Below are positions 1 through 13,180 of a stretch of 64,000 bases of DNA, one piece after another. The notes below the pieces were generated by a model. The model worked only from the letters and a program-made list of their open reading frames with translations, was not told where the DNA came from and did no database searches. The stretch is from the human T2T-CHM13v2.0 reference genome, Homo sapiens. Each line of letters opens with the position of its first letter. Positions within the stretch are counted from its first letter, which is position 1. The stretch is from assembly GCF_009914755.1 (NCBI RefSeq), contig NC_060939.1; one strand, written 5' to 3'. Position numbers and translations under genes: made by a program.

Positions 1-256
1 AACCAACTATTTTCATTAAACATCCCATGTATGAAGTTTGGTCTAATCTGAGAAGGATGGCAATCAATTGATTTTCACAGTATTCCGGAGTTTTGCTGAA
101 ATGCTTGCTGTGATTAATTTAAGGGACTTCAAAATTTCAAAATTTCAAAATTATTTCTCAAATTTCATAACTAATATCCAATTTTGATTTAACAATTGGT
201 TCTATTACTTAACCAAAAATTTTTCTTGATATGGATGCCATGAACTGGAAGGGGAT

Positions 257-613
257 TACAATGGTCTGAATATATCCTCAAAATACATATATTGAAACAT
301 AATCACCAATTTGTTAGTATTAAGCGATGATAAGTATTAGGAGGCAATTAGCACCCTTATAAAAGAGGTGTGAGGGAGCTGTTGGTCCCTTCCTCACTTT
401 TCCATGTGGAGACACAGCATTCATCCCCTCCAGAGGATACAGCGACAAGGTGCCCTCTTGAAATCAAAGACCAGGTCCTCATCAGACATAAAACCTTCTG
501 GCACCTTGATCTTGGACTCTCCGGTCTCCAGAACTTGAGAAATAGATTTCTATTCTTTATTAGTTAGCCAGTCTTATGGTATTTTGCTACAGCAGCACAA
601 ACAAACTAAGATA
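257..613 (+). mobile_element. MaLR solo LTR (MLT1A/MST-like)
   Basis: Starts ..atggtctgaat, contains cccttataaaaga and ggcaccttgatcttggact, ends ggtattttgctacagcagcacaaacaaactaagata, all typical of MaLR LTRs. Confidence 0.8.
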
Positions 614-2119
614 AACTACAAAGGACATAATTGTTAAGACATTTTCCTGGAGAGAGGGACCAAGATGGCAGACTGGAAGTAGGCTCATGTGCTCAGCTCT
701 TATGCTCTTACCAAGAGGAAACAAAAGGGCTAGTGAACAGTGACCCTGCAGGCTGATCATCTGAGAAACCACATCTTGATCCATGAAGGCAACAGGGGGA
801 CCCAGAGAACAGAGAGAAGAGAAGCTGGGCACCAGCCTATCTGTGTTCAGCGTGGTGCCAGGAGAACCTCTTCAACACAGGAAATGGTGAGTTAGTGAGA
901 GCCTCCTGGGGGAATTTGTGCTGTCCACAGGAACCTGTACAAGACTGGAAATGGGAGAATACCCCTGCCCCTCAACCCCCACGACTCCACTCTGCTTCTA
1001 GACTGAGACAGAGAGCTACCTGGATATTTTGCAGGAACAAGTCCTGAGTCCAGGAAGACCCCTATAAGCCTTTGGCCCTTGAGCAGGCCAGCACCAATGC
1101 CACAGCCCCAGCAGAGGCTGCAGTCATAGTGCCTGGGGGCAGTAAGACTGCTTCATCCTCTTGCCGGATGGGGCTCAGTGCCAGCTTCTGGCTCAGTGGT
1201 CCTGCTTCTTTCTGAACTCAGCTAGTAGGTGCAGCCCCCTGTTTTACCAGGAAACACCCAGGCAGCAGGGCAGGTGGCCCTGCTCACCCCCACTGCTGGA
1301 AGCCAGGTGGGCAATGCCTGCTAGAGTTTCCAGCTCAGCAATCTCTCCTCTGTCTAAACTCAGCCAGTGGGCACAGCCTCCTTTTGTCCTGGGAAGCACC
1401 TGGATGGCAGGGCAGGTGACCCCACCCATACCTGCTGCTGGTAGCCAGAAGGGCAATGCCTGCTAGAGCTTCCAACTTAGTGGTCCCACTTCTATCTGAA
1501 CTTATCCAGTGGGCACAGCCTCCTGTTATCCTGGGAAACACCCAGATGGCAGGGTGGGTGACTCTACCTACCCCCACCTCTCCTAGCTGGACAAGCCACA
1601 TCTGCTAAAACTTTCAGCCCAGCAGCCCTGCATTTACCTGAATTTGCTAAAGGGCACAGCCTCCTGTTTCCCCAGAAACACCTGGATGGCAGGGCAGGCA
1701 ACTTCAGTCACCCCTGCTTCTTGTAGCCAGATGGGACCCACCTGCTAAAGCTTCCTGCCCCGTAGTCCCACCACTGCCTGAGCTCTGTGTGCTGGCACAA
1801 TCTTGTGTTTCTCTGGGAAGCACTTGGACAGAAGATTAGGGCTAACCCAACAAGGATACAGGTTATCTGCCAACTGCAGCCCCTGCCTGAGAGAGCCACA
1901 TGGACCAGAACAGCCAATAAAAGAAACACGGGCACAAAGATAGTAATGGGAGAGGGCTCCTTTAAGACATAGGAGTGGAGTAGAATCGAAGCCAGACAAC
2001 TAAACCTACCCTATACCACAACCTAACCTCCAAGGGCATCAAAAAATATAAAAACAAACAACAAAAAAAGCAAAGGACAGCACCAACTTCGAAGATTGAA
2101 GGAACGTCAGCATACACAG

Positions 2120-3100
2120 ATGAGAGAAAACCAGTACAGGAACTCTGGCAACTAAAGAAGCCAGAGTGTCTTCTTACCTCCAAACAACGGCACTAGTCCC
2201 CAAGCAATGATTCTTAACCAGGCTGGAATAACTGAAAGGTCAGAAATAGAATTCAGAATATGGATAGGAATGAAATCATCGACAGGAGAAAGTCAAAACC
2301 CAATCTGAAGAATCTAAGAAATACAATAAAACAATACTGGAGAAAAAAAGACAAAATGACCATTTTAAGAAAGAAGCAAACTGAATTGATAGAGATGAAA
2401 AACTCACTTTAAGAATTTCATAACACAACTGGAAGCATTAACAGCAGAATGGACCAAGCTGAGGAAAGAATCTCAGAGCTTAAAGACCGGTTCCCCAAAA
2501 TAACTGAGTCAGAAAAAAATAAAGAAAAAACAAAGAAGAATGGGCAAAACTCCAAGAAATATGAGATTATTTAAAAAGCCCAAATATGTGACTCATCGGT
2601 ATCCCTGAAAGAGGAGGAGAGAACGCAAGTTACTTGAAAAATGTATTTGAGGATATCCATCCATGAAAATTTACCTAACCTTGCTAGAGAGGCCAACATT
2701 CAAATCCAGAAAATGTAGAGAACCCTTGTGAGATACTATACAAGATGATCATTCACAAGATACCTAGTCTTCAGATTCTTCAAGGTTGAAATGAAAGAAA
2801 AAATATTAAAGGCAGCTAGAGAGAAGGGACAGGTCACCTACAAAGAGAACTCTATCAGGCTACCAGTGGAGGACCTTTCAGCAGAAACCCTACAAGCCAA
2901 AAGAGCCTGGGGGCTCTTTTCCTTAATATTCAGCATTATTAAGGAAAAGAAATTTCCACCAAGAATTTCATATCCAGCCAAACTATGCTTCATAAGCAAA
3001 GAAGAAATAAGACCCTTTTCTAGACAAGAAAATGCTAAGGGAATTTGTTTCCACCGCACCTGCCTTACAAGTGATCCTTAAGGGAGTGCTATATATGGAA
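2120..3100 (+). pseudogene. L1 ORF1p remnant (frameshifted)
   Basis: ORF-track fragments MKEKILKAAREKGQVTYK..IRL..DLSAETLQA..RISYPAKL and MLREFVST.PALQ..LKGVL match the L1 ORF1p C-terminal half; broken into several frames. Confidence 0.9.
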
Positions 3101-3224
3101 AGGAAAGATATTTTCTATATTTCCATTTTCATTATTGGCCACCACAAAACACACTTAAGTACCTATACCATTGACACTATAACGCAGCCAAACAACCAAA
3201 TCTGCTTAATGACTAGCTAATAAC

Positions 3225-6200
3225 ATGATGAGAAAATCAAACCTGCATATGTCAATATTAACCTTCAATGTAAATGGGCTAAATGACCCAATAAAAAGGC
3301 ACAGAGTGGCAAGTGGAATAAAGATGTAAGACCCAACTGCATGCTGTTTACAAGAGACCCATCTCACATGCAGTAACACCCATAGGCTAAAAGTGAAGGG
3401 ATGGAGAAAAATCTACCAAGCAAACAGAAAACAAAAAGGCTGAGGCTGCTATTCTAACTTCAGACAGACTTTAAACTGACAAAGATAAAAAAAGTCAAAG
3501 AAGGACATTACATAATGATAAAGGGTTCAACTCAACAAGACGACCTAACTATCCTAAATAAATATTCACTCACCACAGCAGCACCTAGATTTGTAAAACA
3601 AATTCTTAGGAACCTATGAAGAGACTAAGATAACCAGACAATAGTAGCAGGAGACTTCAACACCCCACAGACAGTATTAGATTGTTTGGGGCAGAAAATT
3701 AACAAAGATATTCAGAATCTGAAATTGACATTTGACAAATGGGCCTAATAGACATCTACAGAACTCTTCACCCCAAAACAAAAGAATATACATTCTTCTC
3801 ATTTGCACATGACATATACTGTGAAATTAACCACACAATTGGCCATAAAACAATCCTCAGCAAATTAAAAAAAAAATGAAATTATACTAAACACACTCTC
3901 AGACAACAGTGCAATAAAAATAGAAATCAATAGGTAAGAAAATGGCTCAAAACCAGAGAATTACATGGAAATTAAACATGCTCCTGAATGACTTTTGGGT
4001 AAACAATTAAGGCAGAAATCAAGAAATTCTTTGAAACTAATGAGAATGAAGATACAACATACCAGAATTTATGGGACATGGCTAAAACACTGTTAAGAGG
4101 AAAGTTTACAGCACTACACACCAAAATAAGTTAGAAATATCTCAAATTAACAATCTGACATTACACCTAGAGGAACTAGAGAAACAAGAGCAAACCAACC
4201 TAAAAGCTAATAGAAGAAAAATAACCAAAATCAGAGCTGACCTGAATGAAAGTGAGATGTCAAAAACTATACAAAAGATTAATAAATTCAAGAGTTTGTT
4301 ATTGAAAAAGTAAATAAGATTGATAGACTGCTAGCCAGACTGATAAAGTAAAAAAGAGACAGAAGCCAAATAAACACAGTCAGAAATGCCAAAGGGGATG
4401 TTACCAGCGACCCAAAAGAGATACAAAAACCCTCAAACTCCTATGAGGACCTCTACACACAAAAGCTAGAAAATCTAGAAGAAATAGATAAATTCCTGGA
4501 AACATATAACCTCCTAAGATGGAACCAGGAAGAAGTTAAGTCCTTGAACAGAATAATAATTAGTTTCAGAACTGAATCTGTAATAAAAAGCCTACCAATC
4601 AGAAAAGCCCAGGACCAGACAGATTCATAGCTGAATTGTACCAGATTTGTAAAAGAGCTGGTAACATTCCTACTGAAACTATTCCAAAAAAAAAAAAAAA
4701 AAAAAAGAAAGAAAGAAAGAAAAGAAAGAGGAGGAAGGACTCCTCTCTTACTGAGGCCAGCATCATCCTGATACCAAAACCTGGCAGAGACACAACAAAA
4801 AAAGAAAACTTCAGGCCAATATTTTTGGTGAACATAGATGCAAAAACCTTGAACAAAATACTAGTAAACTGAATTCAGCAGCACATCAGAAAGCTAATCC
4901 ACTATGATCAAGTAGGCTTTACTTCTGGGATGCAAAGTTGGCTTAATATACATATGCAAATCAATATGTTATTTACCACATAAACAGAACTTAAAAACCA
5001 CAGGATCATATCAATAGATGCAGAAAAGGCTTTCAATAAAATGCAACATCCTTTCATGTTAACAACCCTCAACAAAGAAAGCACTGAAGTAACTCAATAA
5101 GAGCTGTCTATGACAAACCCACAGCTAACATCATACTGAATGGACAAAAGTTAGAAGCATTCCCTTTGAGAAGTGGAATAAGACAAGGATGGCCACTCTC
5201 ATCACTCTTACTCAACATAGTACTGGAAGTCCTACCCAAAGAAATCAGGCAAGAGAAAGAAAAAGCATCCAGATAAAAAGAGAGGAGGAAGTCAAACTAT
5301 CTCTATTTGCAGATAATATTATTCTATTCTTAGAAAACCCTATTGTCTCCGCCCAAAAGCTCCTAGATCCGATAAACTACTTCAGCAAAGCGTCAGGATG
5401 TAAAATCAATGCACGAAAACCAGTAGCATTTCTACACATCAACTACAGTTAAGCAGAGAGCCCAATCAAGAATGCAATCCCATTTATGATAGAAGAAGAG
5501 TTAATACCTAGGAATACAGCTAATCAGGGAGGTAAAAGACCTCTACAATGAGAAATACAAAACACTATTCAAAGAAATTGGAGAAAACACAAACAAATGG
5601 AAAAACATTCCATGCTCATGAATACGAAGAAACAATATTTTTTAAATGACATACTGCCCAAAGCAATTTACAGATTTAATGCTGTTCCTATCCTACTACC
5701 AATGACATTCTTCACAGAATTAGAAAAAAACTATTTAAAAACTCATATGGAATCAAAAAGAGCTCAAATAGCCAAGGCAATCCTAAGCAAAAAGAACAAA
5801 GCTGGAGGCATCATGTTACCTGACTTTGAACCATATTACAGGACTACAGAAACTAAAACAGCATGGTGCTGGTACAAAAACAGACATATAGACCAAGGGA
5901 AAAGAATAGAAAGCCCAGAAATAGAGCCACACATCTACAACCATCTGATCTTCAACAAAGTCAACAAAACCAACAATGGGGAAAGTACTCCCTATTCAAC
6001 AAATGGTGCTGGGATAACTGGCTAGCCTTATGCAGAGGATTGAAACTGCACCCCTTCCTTACACCACATAAAAAAATCAACTGAAGACAGATTAAAGACT
6101 TACATGTAAAACATAAAAGTACAAAAACTCCAGAAGATAACCCAGGAAATATCTCTCCGTGCAGAGGACTTGGAAAAGAATATATGACAAAGATGCCAAC

Positions 6201-7044
6201 TGCAATTGCAACAAAACAAAACAAAATTTGCCACAAAAACAAAAATTGATAAATGGGGCCTAATTAAACCAAAAAGCCTCTGCACAGCAAAAGAAACTAT
6301 CAACAGAGAAAAGAGCCCACGGAATGGGACAAAATATCTGTGAACTGTGTATCTAACAGAGGTCTAATATCCAGAATCTATAGGGAACTTAAACAAATTT
6401 ACAAGTAAAAAACAACCCCATTAAAAGTGGGCAAAGGGCATGAACAGACACTTGTAAAAGAAGACATACCTACAGCCAACAAGCATATGAAAAAACTCTC
6501 ATCGCTAATCATTAGAGAAATGGAAATCAAAACCACAATGAGACACCATCTCACACCCGCTGAGGGGGGGAAGGCTATTATTAAAAAGTCGAAAAATAAC
6601 AGATGCTGGTGAGGTTGTGAAGAAAAGGGAATGCTTAAACTATGCTGGTGGGAATATAAATTAGTTCAACCATTATGGAAGACAGTGTGGTGATTCCTCA
6701 AAGATCTAGAAGCAGAAATAACATTCAACCCAGCAATCCCATTGCTGGGTACATACCAAAAGGAATTCAAATCTTTCCACCATAAAGACACATGCAAGCA
6801 AATGTTCATTACAGCACTATTCACAGTAGCAAAGCTATAGAATCAACCTAAATGCCCATTAATGGTAGACTGGATAAGGAAAATGTGGTATGTATATACT
6901 ATGGAATATTATATAGCCATAAAAAATAATGAGATCATATCCTTGGTAGGAATGTAGATGGAGCTGGAGGGTATAATCCTAAATGAACTAATGCAGGAAC
7001 AGAAAACCAAATACTGCATGTTCTCACTTATAAGTGGGAGCTAA
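3225..7044 (+). pseudogene. L1 ORF2p remnant (endonuclease/reverse transcriptase), multiply disrupted
   Basis: Fragments [40 protein letters not shown] (catalytic FADD changed to FADN), [35 protein letters not shown]; many stops and frameshifts. Confidence 0.92.
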
Positions 7045-7314
7045 ATGATGAGAACACGTGAACACAAAGAGGGGATCAACAGACACTGAGACCCACTTGA
7101 GGATAGAGGGTAAAGAGGGAAAGGATCAAAAGTCTACCTCTTAAGTACTATGCTGGTTACCTGGGTGGTGAAGTAATCTGTATGTCAAACTCCTGTGACA
7201 CATAATTTTCCTATATGACAAACCTGCACATGGACCCATGAACCTAGTTTTTTAGAAAATTTCCTTCATATAGGCTAAATATAAAGATGGCTACCTTGTA
7301 AGACTCACCTGTGC

Positions 7315-7420
7315 AGATTGTGTTCTGATGTAATTGGTCTGGGAATAATCTTAGCCACCTTTATAGTTTAGCAGTGACTCAGATGATTTTAATGTGCAGC
7401 AGTTGAAATCACTGGCCTAA
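7315..7420. mobile_element. MER5-like hAT-Charlie fragment
   Basis: gattgtgttctgatgtaattggtctggg..gatgattttaatgtgcagcagttgaaatcactg. Confidence 0.6.
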
Positions 7421-7457
7421 TATATTATTTCACCAAAGAAGTAGTTCTTTGTATTTT

Positions 7458-7572
7458 TATACATTTGCTGAGCATTTACTGTACCTGCTCCATGCCTGGT
7501 AGAGCTACGCTTGGGAGATAAAAAGATTAATAAGACTTACTTTTTGCCCTAGAGGACCTCATAATCTATTAG
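7458..7572 (-). mobile_element. L2 3' end fragment
   Basis: catttgctgagcatttactgt..tgccctagaggacctcataatcta resembles the antisense L2 tail. Confidence 0.55.
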
Positions 7573-9553
7573 CAGTAATTTCAAAATTCCAGTTTTTGTT
7601 CCTGTTGTTCAGTCAGAAGCACGACCTTTGTGTTATGGAATCTTTGGCTGTTTGAGTTTGCTTTTAGTTAATGGCCTGTGTGTGAAAGTTAAGCATATTC
7701 ACCTGTTTTATTGAATGGCCATGGGAAAGAGTTTATACTTATGTTTGTGGTGAAAAAAAGAAAAGGCATTCATCTTAGCTTTCTGATTCCTATGATGACC
7801 CGAGGCTTTCATTTTAGTAAGGAATTCCTCTCTTGGCAGAGAAAGAAAACAGATGGTGTATCTTTAAGTACATAATGTATGCTTCCTCCACATTATTTTT
7901 GGAGAGCATAAAGTATGATTAAGGGAAGTGAACTCATGCTGTGAAAAACAGGCACTGCAGTTGAGGTGCCTGCGATAGCTTCCATATGCACCAAGGTGAT
8001 GGGTTTTCCTGATCCCCACTGCTATCTTCATCCTGTAGGATTTGTAAGAAGAACCGTTGCTCAAAAAGAGACCATATGATTCTAGTCAGTGAGTGACCAG
8101 TTTGTATGACATGCAAGGGCTCTCCAAGAACACTGTAATTACAGATTAGATATCACTAACATAGTTTTAGGTAATTCTGGCAAACTCATTAGCAAAGTCT
8201 TATACAATATAAGCTACTTAGGAAGTAATCCTCACATTCTTTCTCATGCTCACTCTGAACACAAGGTTATTATTGTTCCATATGTTGACTTAAAAATACC
8301 TTTTCACAGAATATAGAGGAGAGCATCTTTAGAGCATATGTAACAATTATAATCAATCTTTTCCAAAACGTATCTGAATTTTCAGGAAAATACCATATGT
8401 GATTTCAACAAATACATAGTCAGTACAATATGAGGTGGGATTCTTTGGCACCTAAGAAGAAAAAAGCTGAGATTTGCATAAACAATAATGACTGTTTTTG
8501 GCTCACAAGATTGGAGAGTCGGAAGAGTGGCCTCTAAGTTAGACCTAATCTAATGGTCTTGGCCTGTTTCTCTGTGCTTCTCTGGATGGCATCTTCCTCC
8601 CTGTACTGATGTTAGTCTCAAGCTTAGCACGAAGGCTGCAGCATTTCCAGTTTATACTTGTGCATTTGGATGTTCAGGGCATGAGACAAAGACTAACTTC
8701 TGGAAAATCTCTCAGACAAGTGAGAAAAAACATTCCCAACAGATGTCTCCTCACCTCCTGCCTGACCGCTACTCCTTCCCCTTAGACCACATGGAATTCC
8801 GTGAACTTTTGTTTCAGAGACTGAAAACTGAAGTTCATTCTCAACCCTTTGTCACTGCATTAAGAAAAGATTTATTGCATTTATGGGCTACTTTTCACAG
8901 AGGAAATAGTGTACCTGTCAATTGATGAATGCCTAGCCAGCTTTTCAGGCAGGCACACAAGCTCCCTGAAGAATGATCTTCCTGCTTTTTCTGCCTGGTG
9001 TTCCCGGGTCTCACCTCCAGAAGGCTACAGCAGAAAAGAAAGCAGAGTCTAGTTTTGCTGATCAAGAAACAACTAACCTTTATGTCTCTATCCAGTTTCA
9101 TTATTTGTATCAGATTTAGAGTTTTTATAGAACAAGGGAGTGTCCACGGGCTGTTGGTTTATCTGAGCTTATGATGACTTTGCCTCTCTGATCAGGAAGC
9201 TGGGGTTTTGGAAAGTTAACTCTTAGCTGAGTTTTAAGAGTAGTAAAAATCTTCCACCTGTTAAGCCTTGATTACCATTATGAACAAATATGTACACCTA
9301 GGGATGTGCCAGCAGATAGTATGGCATATAAGTGACATGCTTCATCTCAGACAGTAGCCTTTTTCCCATCTGTGCTCCTTGAACTGCCCCCACTGGCCCT
9401 ATCACACGGGTTCACTGAATAAGGACATGGGGTCAGAAATGCCATCATAGATGTCAGACCAGAAAGGCTACAGATTCTGTGTGTTCAAATGCATCTGCTA
9501 AGTGCTTATCATGGGCCTCTCACAACACTGCAAAGTGTTATGAAGAATACGGG

Positions 9554-9856
9554 TTTTTTTGTTTTTTACTTTTTTGAGATGGAGTCTTGCTCTGTCACCC
9601 ATGCTGGGGTGCAGTGGTGCAATCTTGGCTTACTGCAACCTCTGCCTCCCAGGTTCAAGAGATTTTCCTGCCTCAGCCTCCTGAGTAGCTGGGATTACAG
9701 GCGCGTGCCACTACGCCTAGCTAATTTTTGTATTTTTAGTAAAGACGGGGTGTCACCATGTTGGTCAGGCTGGTCTCGAACTCCTGACCTCGTGATCCAC
9801 CCACCTCGGAGCTCCCGAAGTGCTGGGATTTCATGCATGAGCCACCGCACCCAACC
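9554..9856 (-). mobile_element. Alu (AluS, Sg-like)
   Basis: Full antisense dimer with poly-T; agaatacg/agaatatg flanks are TSD-like. Confidence 0.97.
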
Positions 9857-9929
9857 TAGAATATGTTTTCAAAAGCAATTTAGAGGACATTGTATATCTA
9901 AGGAAAAGTTATGATTTTTGAAATATATT

Positions 9930-10380
9930 CTTTGAAATTGAGGTATAATTTACTTAGTGAAATGCACAATAAACATGCAATATATTTATATAGAGAGTGA
10001 TATGCACATTATTGTGATTTGACACTTTGACAAATGCATACATGTGTCAATGACACCTCAAACAAGATATGAAACAATTCTATCAACTGAGAAAGTTCCC
10101 TCAAGCCTCCTTCCAGTCCATCCCTGTTACATAGGCAACTACTCTTCTTATTTCTATGAACATAAAGGAGACTCATCTATTCCTCGATTTCAGAAAGAAT
10201 GGAATTTTACAGCACGCACTCTTACGTCTGACTTCTTTCACCCAGCATAATGGTTTTGAGATTAATCTGTAACATCGCATGCATCAGTACTTTGTTTTGT
10301 ATTATGGAATAATATTCCGTGGTATGATTTTACCATGATGTGTTTAAGCATTCTCCTGCTAGTGGGCATTTGGGTAGGTT
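9930..10380 (-). mobile_element. Old L1M (L1ME-like) 3' end fragment
   Basis: ttgaggtataattt..ttctttcacccagcataatg..gggcatttgggtag, antisense L1M 3'UTR. Confidence 0.75.
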
Positions 10381-11445
10381 AAATTTTTGTTAGGGAACAT
10401 CGGACTATTGCCCCCGGGTACTGAAACTGCCATGTGTCTCTCTTGCCTAAGAAGAAGTCATCCTCTGAAATTTATTAAGACTTCCTTTAATCCCCACTCT
10501 TTAATAGCACTATACATAACTGATATTTTTTCCCCATCTTGTTGTTTCGTGTTGCTACCATGGAAGTACAAGTCTTCGATCTGACAAAGTTCCTGAAAAA
10601 GAAGGGAAGGCTATATATGTCCACATTACAGTGGTGTAGAAAGCTTAACCCTAGAACATAAACATTTTCCTAGGAGGTGCCGCTGGACTTGAAGTGCTTT
10701 ATATTATTCTTGGCCAACCTTTTGCACATTTTATTACAACACACTGAATAATTCACAATTGGGGAAATGTATTTTGGGAGCATTTTAGTGTCCCAGATTC
10801 CCCGATTGGGAGAGTAAAATGAATCTTTTAAAAAAAAGCCTCTCTGGATAGGGGCTAAAACTTTTCTAAAGAGGTTAAGAGATCTCACAGGTAAACTTTG
10901 AGCATCACGATTCTCTGGCAGTGGGAGCATGAGGTAGATTTCAAGACAGAGAAGCAATGCTCATGGTAATGGGGCGGGGGTGAATGTAAGCAGGTGTCTA
11001 ATCAAATGCTTAAGTGTCCTCCCTCCAATCTTTTCATTTATTCAAGTCTTGCAATGAATTATATAAACTGCACACGTTTTTGGGTAAGTGGTACTTGGGA
11101 TCTTTGGGATAGTGGAAATGATCTAAGAAACAAGGACACTGAGAAACATGAGTGACAGTTCGTGGGTGAGACTGAGGTAAAGGTGCAGAGAAGCCCACCA
11201 TATGAAACAGGCAGCCAGCAAAGCAGGAGGAAAAAGTGAGATGATTCCCTTCCCCCAGATATATGACAAGGAAAGTGACACTGGGGAGATGGAAATGCTA
11301 ATATTGAGGTTAATATATACTAGGGGAGCTTATTTCAAAAACTTTTGATTTTTTTGGGAAGAAAAAGTAAACTCACCAGAACACCTGTAGTCTTAACTAT
11401 AATTATCCGCTCTTTAATCCTCAAGAGTGAAATGTATTTTATACT

Positions 11446-11700
11446 TTTTTTTTTGAGATGGAATCTCGCTCTGTCACCCAGGCTAGAGTGCAGTGGCCCG
11501 ATCTCGGCTCACTGCAGCCTCCAACCTCCCGGGTTCAAGCGATTCTCCTGCCTCAGCCTCCCAAGTACCTGGGACTACAGGCATGTGCCACCACGCCCAG
11601 CTAATTTTTGTATTTTTAGTAGAGACAGGGTTTCACCATGTTGGCCAGGATGGCCTCTATCTCTTGACCTTGTGATCCACCCGCCTTGGCCTCCCAAAGT
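11446..11700 (-). mobile_element. Alu (AluSc-like), lacking first ~35 nt
   Basis: Antisense Alu ending at cctcccaaagt; ggatgg..tctcttgacc is Sc-type; tatac(c)tttttt on both sides. Confidence 0.96.
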
Positions 11701-12780
11701 ATACCTTTTTTAAAAGTTAAAGAAAAAAAAAAAACTGCTTTTGAGGTAGAGAAAAGATTTAAGAAATATTGACTCCAGGCCCTAGGTTTTGAAAGAGGAG
11801 AGAGAGATCGAGGGAAGTGGGGACAGCAGATGGCCTATCTAAAGACACTTTTCGCTGTATTGCCAGCGCCTGGTCTGATACCAAGTACAGGGTACCTGTG
11901 AGTAAATACATGCATGACTTGCCCACAGTCACATAGTGAGAAACAGAATTCATTTTCTGCTGATTCTGTTGAAGATGTAGTTTTCGTTTCTGTATAACTG
12001 ATCTAACCTTTCTCATGTTCCTCTGAGTCCTGACTGGGGTGGGTTTGGGGCAGAGGGAGGGGCAGTGGTGGTGAGAAGCACTAACTTAGTCAATGTATTT
12101 CAACTTCTTCTGGTTAAACCGTGTCATTAAGATAACACAGTCTCCCTTCAGATAATTACTCAGCCTTTTACATTTCCTCCTCTTTCCATTGCTCTACCAA
12201 TGATGACCTGAGGGCGCATGATGGGGCTCAACTGACCTCCTGGGAGTGATGAGAATGATGTCCTTGCTCCAGTGCATGGGGCCCCGTGCTGTCTTCTGGG
12301 CCTGCTAGTTTCCAATATGTTGTCCCTTATCTGCCCCATCACGATATTCTTCTGTCGTCTGCTGCTGTGCACATCCCATGTGGAACAGGGGCCAGGACTG
12401 CTTTATGTTATATTATATTACATTATATTTGTCCTGCCCCCATGCTCTGGATTTAATATACTGTAGTGGCTATAGAGACTCACACAACATACAGCTCTGA
12501 TGAACCAATATCAGCAATGTGGCTTCTATTACACAAACCGCTCACATCAGCCAAAACATATGAAGGCCAAGATTTTTCATAGTCACTTGGCAGTGTCCCG
12601 CTCTCTTTGTCATCCACAATTCACAGGGCTAATTGGACCCTGGAAGGGACAGTGACCATGAGACTCTGAAGGAAGTACTATGACTAGAATACTCAGACCC
12701 TTTCTAGTCCCCACCCCTTCCCAGGATTTTGGCCCAGAGACACCCATGAGGACATGAGACCCCTTTCTTTGCCTCATCTG

Positions 12781-13180
12781 TTTTTTAAATGAAAGGTCTC
12801 ATATTTATTACTGAACCCAGCCAACCAACATATTCATAACAGATTCAGACTGAAAACATATACTCCCAATAAAACATGTCCAACTCTTCAGATAGTGGTA
12901 TTTTCAGCTTGATATGGTAACGTGATTGTGAACTTCAGATAGCATAAATACGTGTGTCATTTCAGTGCAGTTCCTTATAGACCCAGCTTGGTTCTTCTCT
13001 AAAGTCTCCTTCTGGAGTTGTACCTGATTTTATTACCAGTTTTTGTCCGAATCCACTGGGGAATGGGATGATTTTGCTTGTTTCTTGGCCAGGAATCTCT
13101 TAATCCAGAAAGTCTTGTGAGAAGACATGGCGAGAAGCGGAGTCAAGCGCACACCACAATGGTGGAGGAGGAAGAGAGGG
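12781..13180 (-). pseudogene. RPL39P: Processed pseudogene of ribosomal protein L39 (RPL39)
   Basis: Minus strand has a pyrimidine (TOP-like) 5' end and ATG at 13128, reading [17 protein letters not shown], then a 2-nt deletion (~13079), then [32 protein letters not shown] (premature TAG 12999-13001, native stop 12975-12977). Intronless, with 3'UTR, AATAAA (12804-12809) and a short A tail. Confidence 0.96.

Larger units (their letters stand above)
649..7252 (+). mobile_element. Near full-length inactivated LINE-1 (L1PA15/16-like)
   Basis: 5' caagatggc (YY1 motif) at ~661; ORF1 and ORF2 remnants; 3'UTR ..gtactatgct..acctgggtg..aacctgcacatg..; degenerate TSD aagacattttcct (636-648) vs tagaaaatttcct (7253-7265), 10/13 identical. 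Confidence 0.95.

Noticed and set aside
128-167. Three tandem copies of ttcaaaat
   Set aside because: Short AT-rich slippage repeat with no further structure.
5597-6025. 142-aa ORF as an active retrotransposon protein
   Set aside because: It is only a fragment of a multiply disrupted L1 ORF2 whose catalytic FADD is mutated to FADN.
9489-9914. Alu-derived ORFs (also 11345, 20452, 24665, 28617, 33670, 35184, 47829 and others)
   Set aside because: These are stereotyped antisense-Alu translations ([21 protein letters not shown]), not genes.
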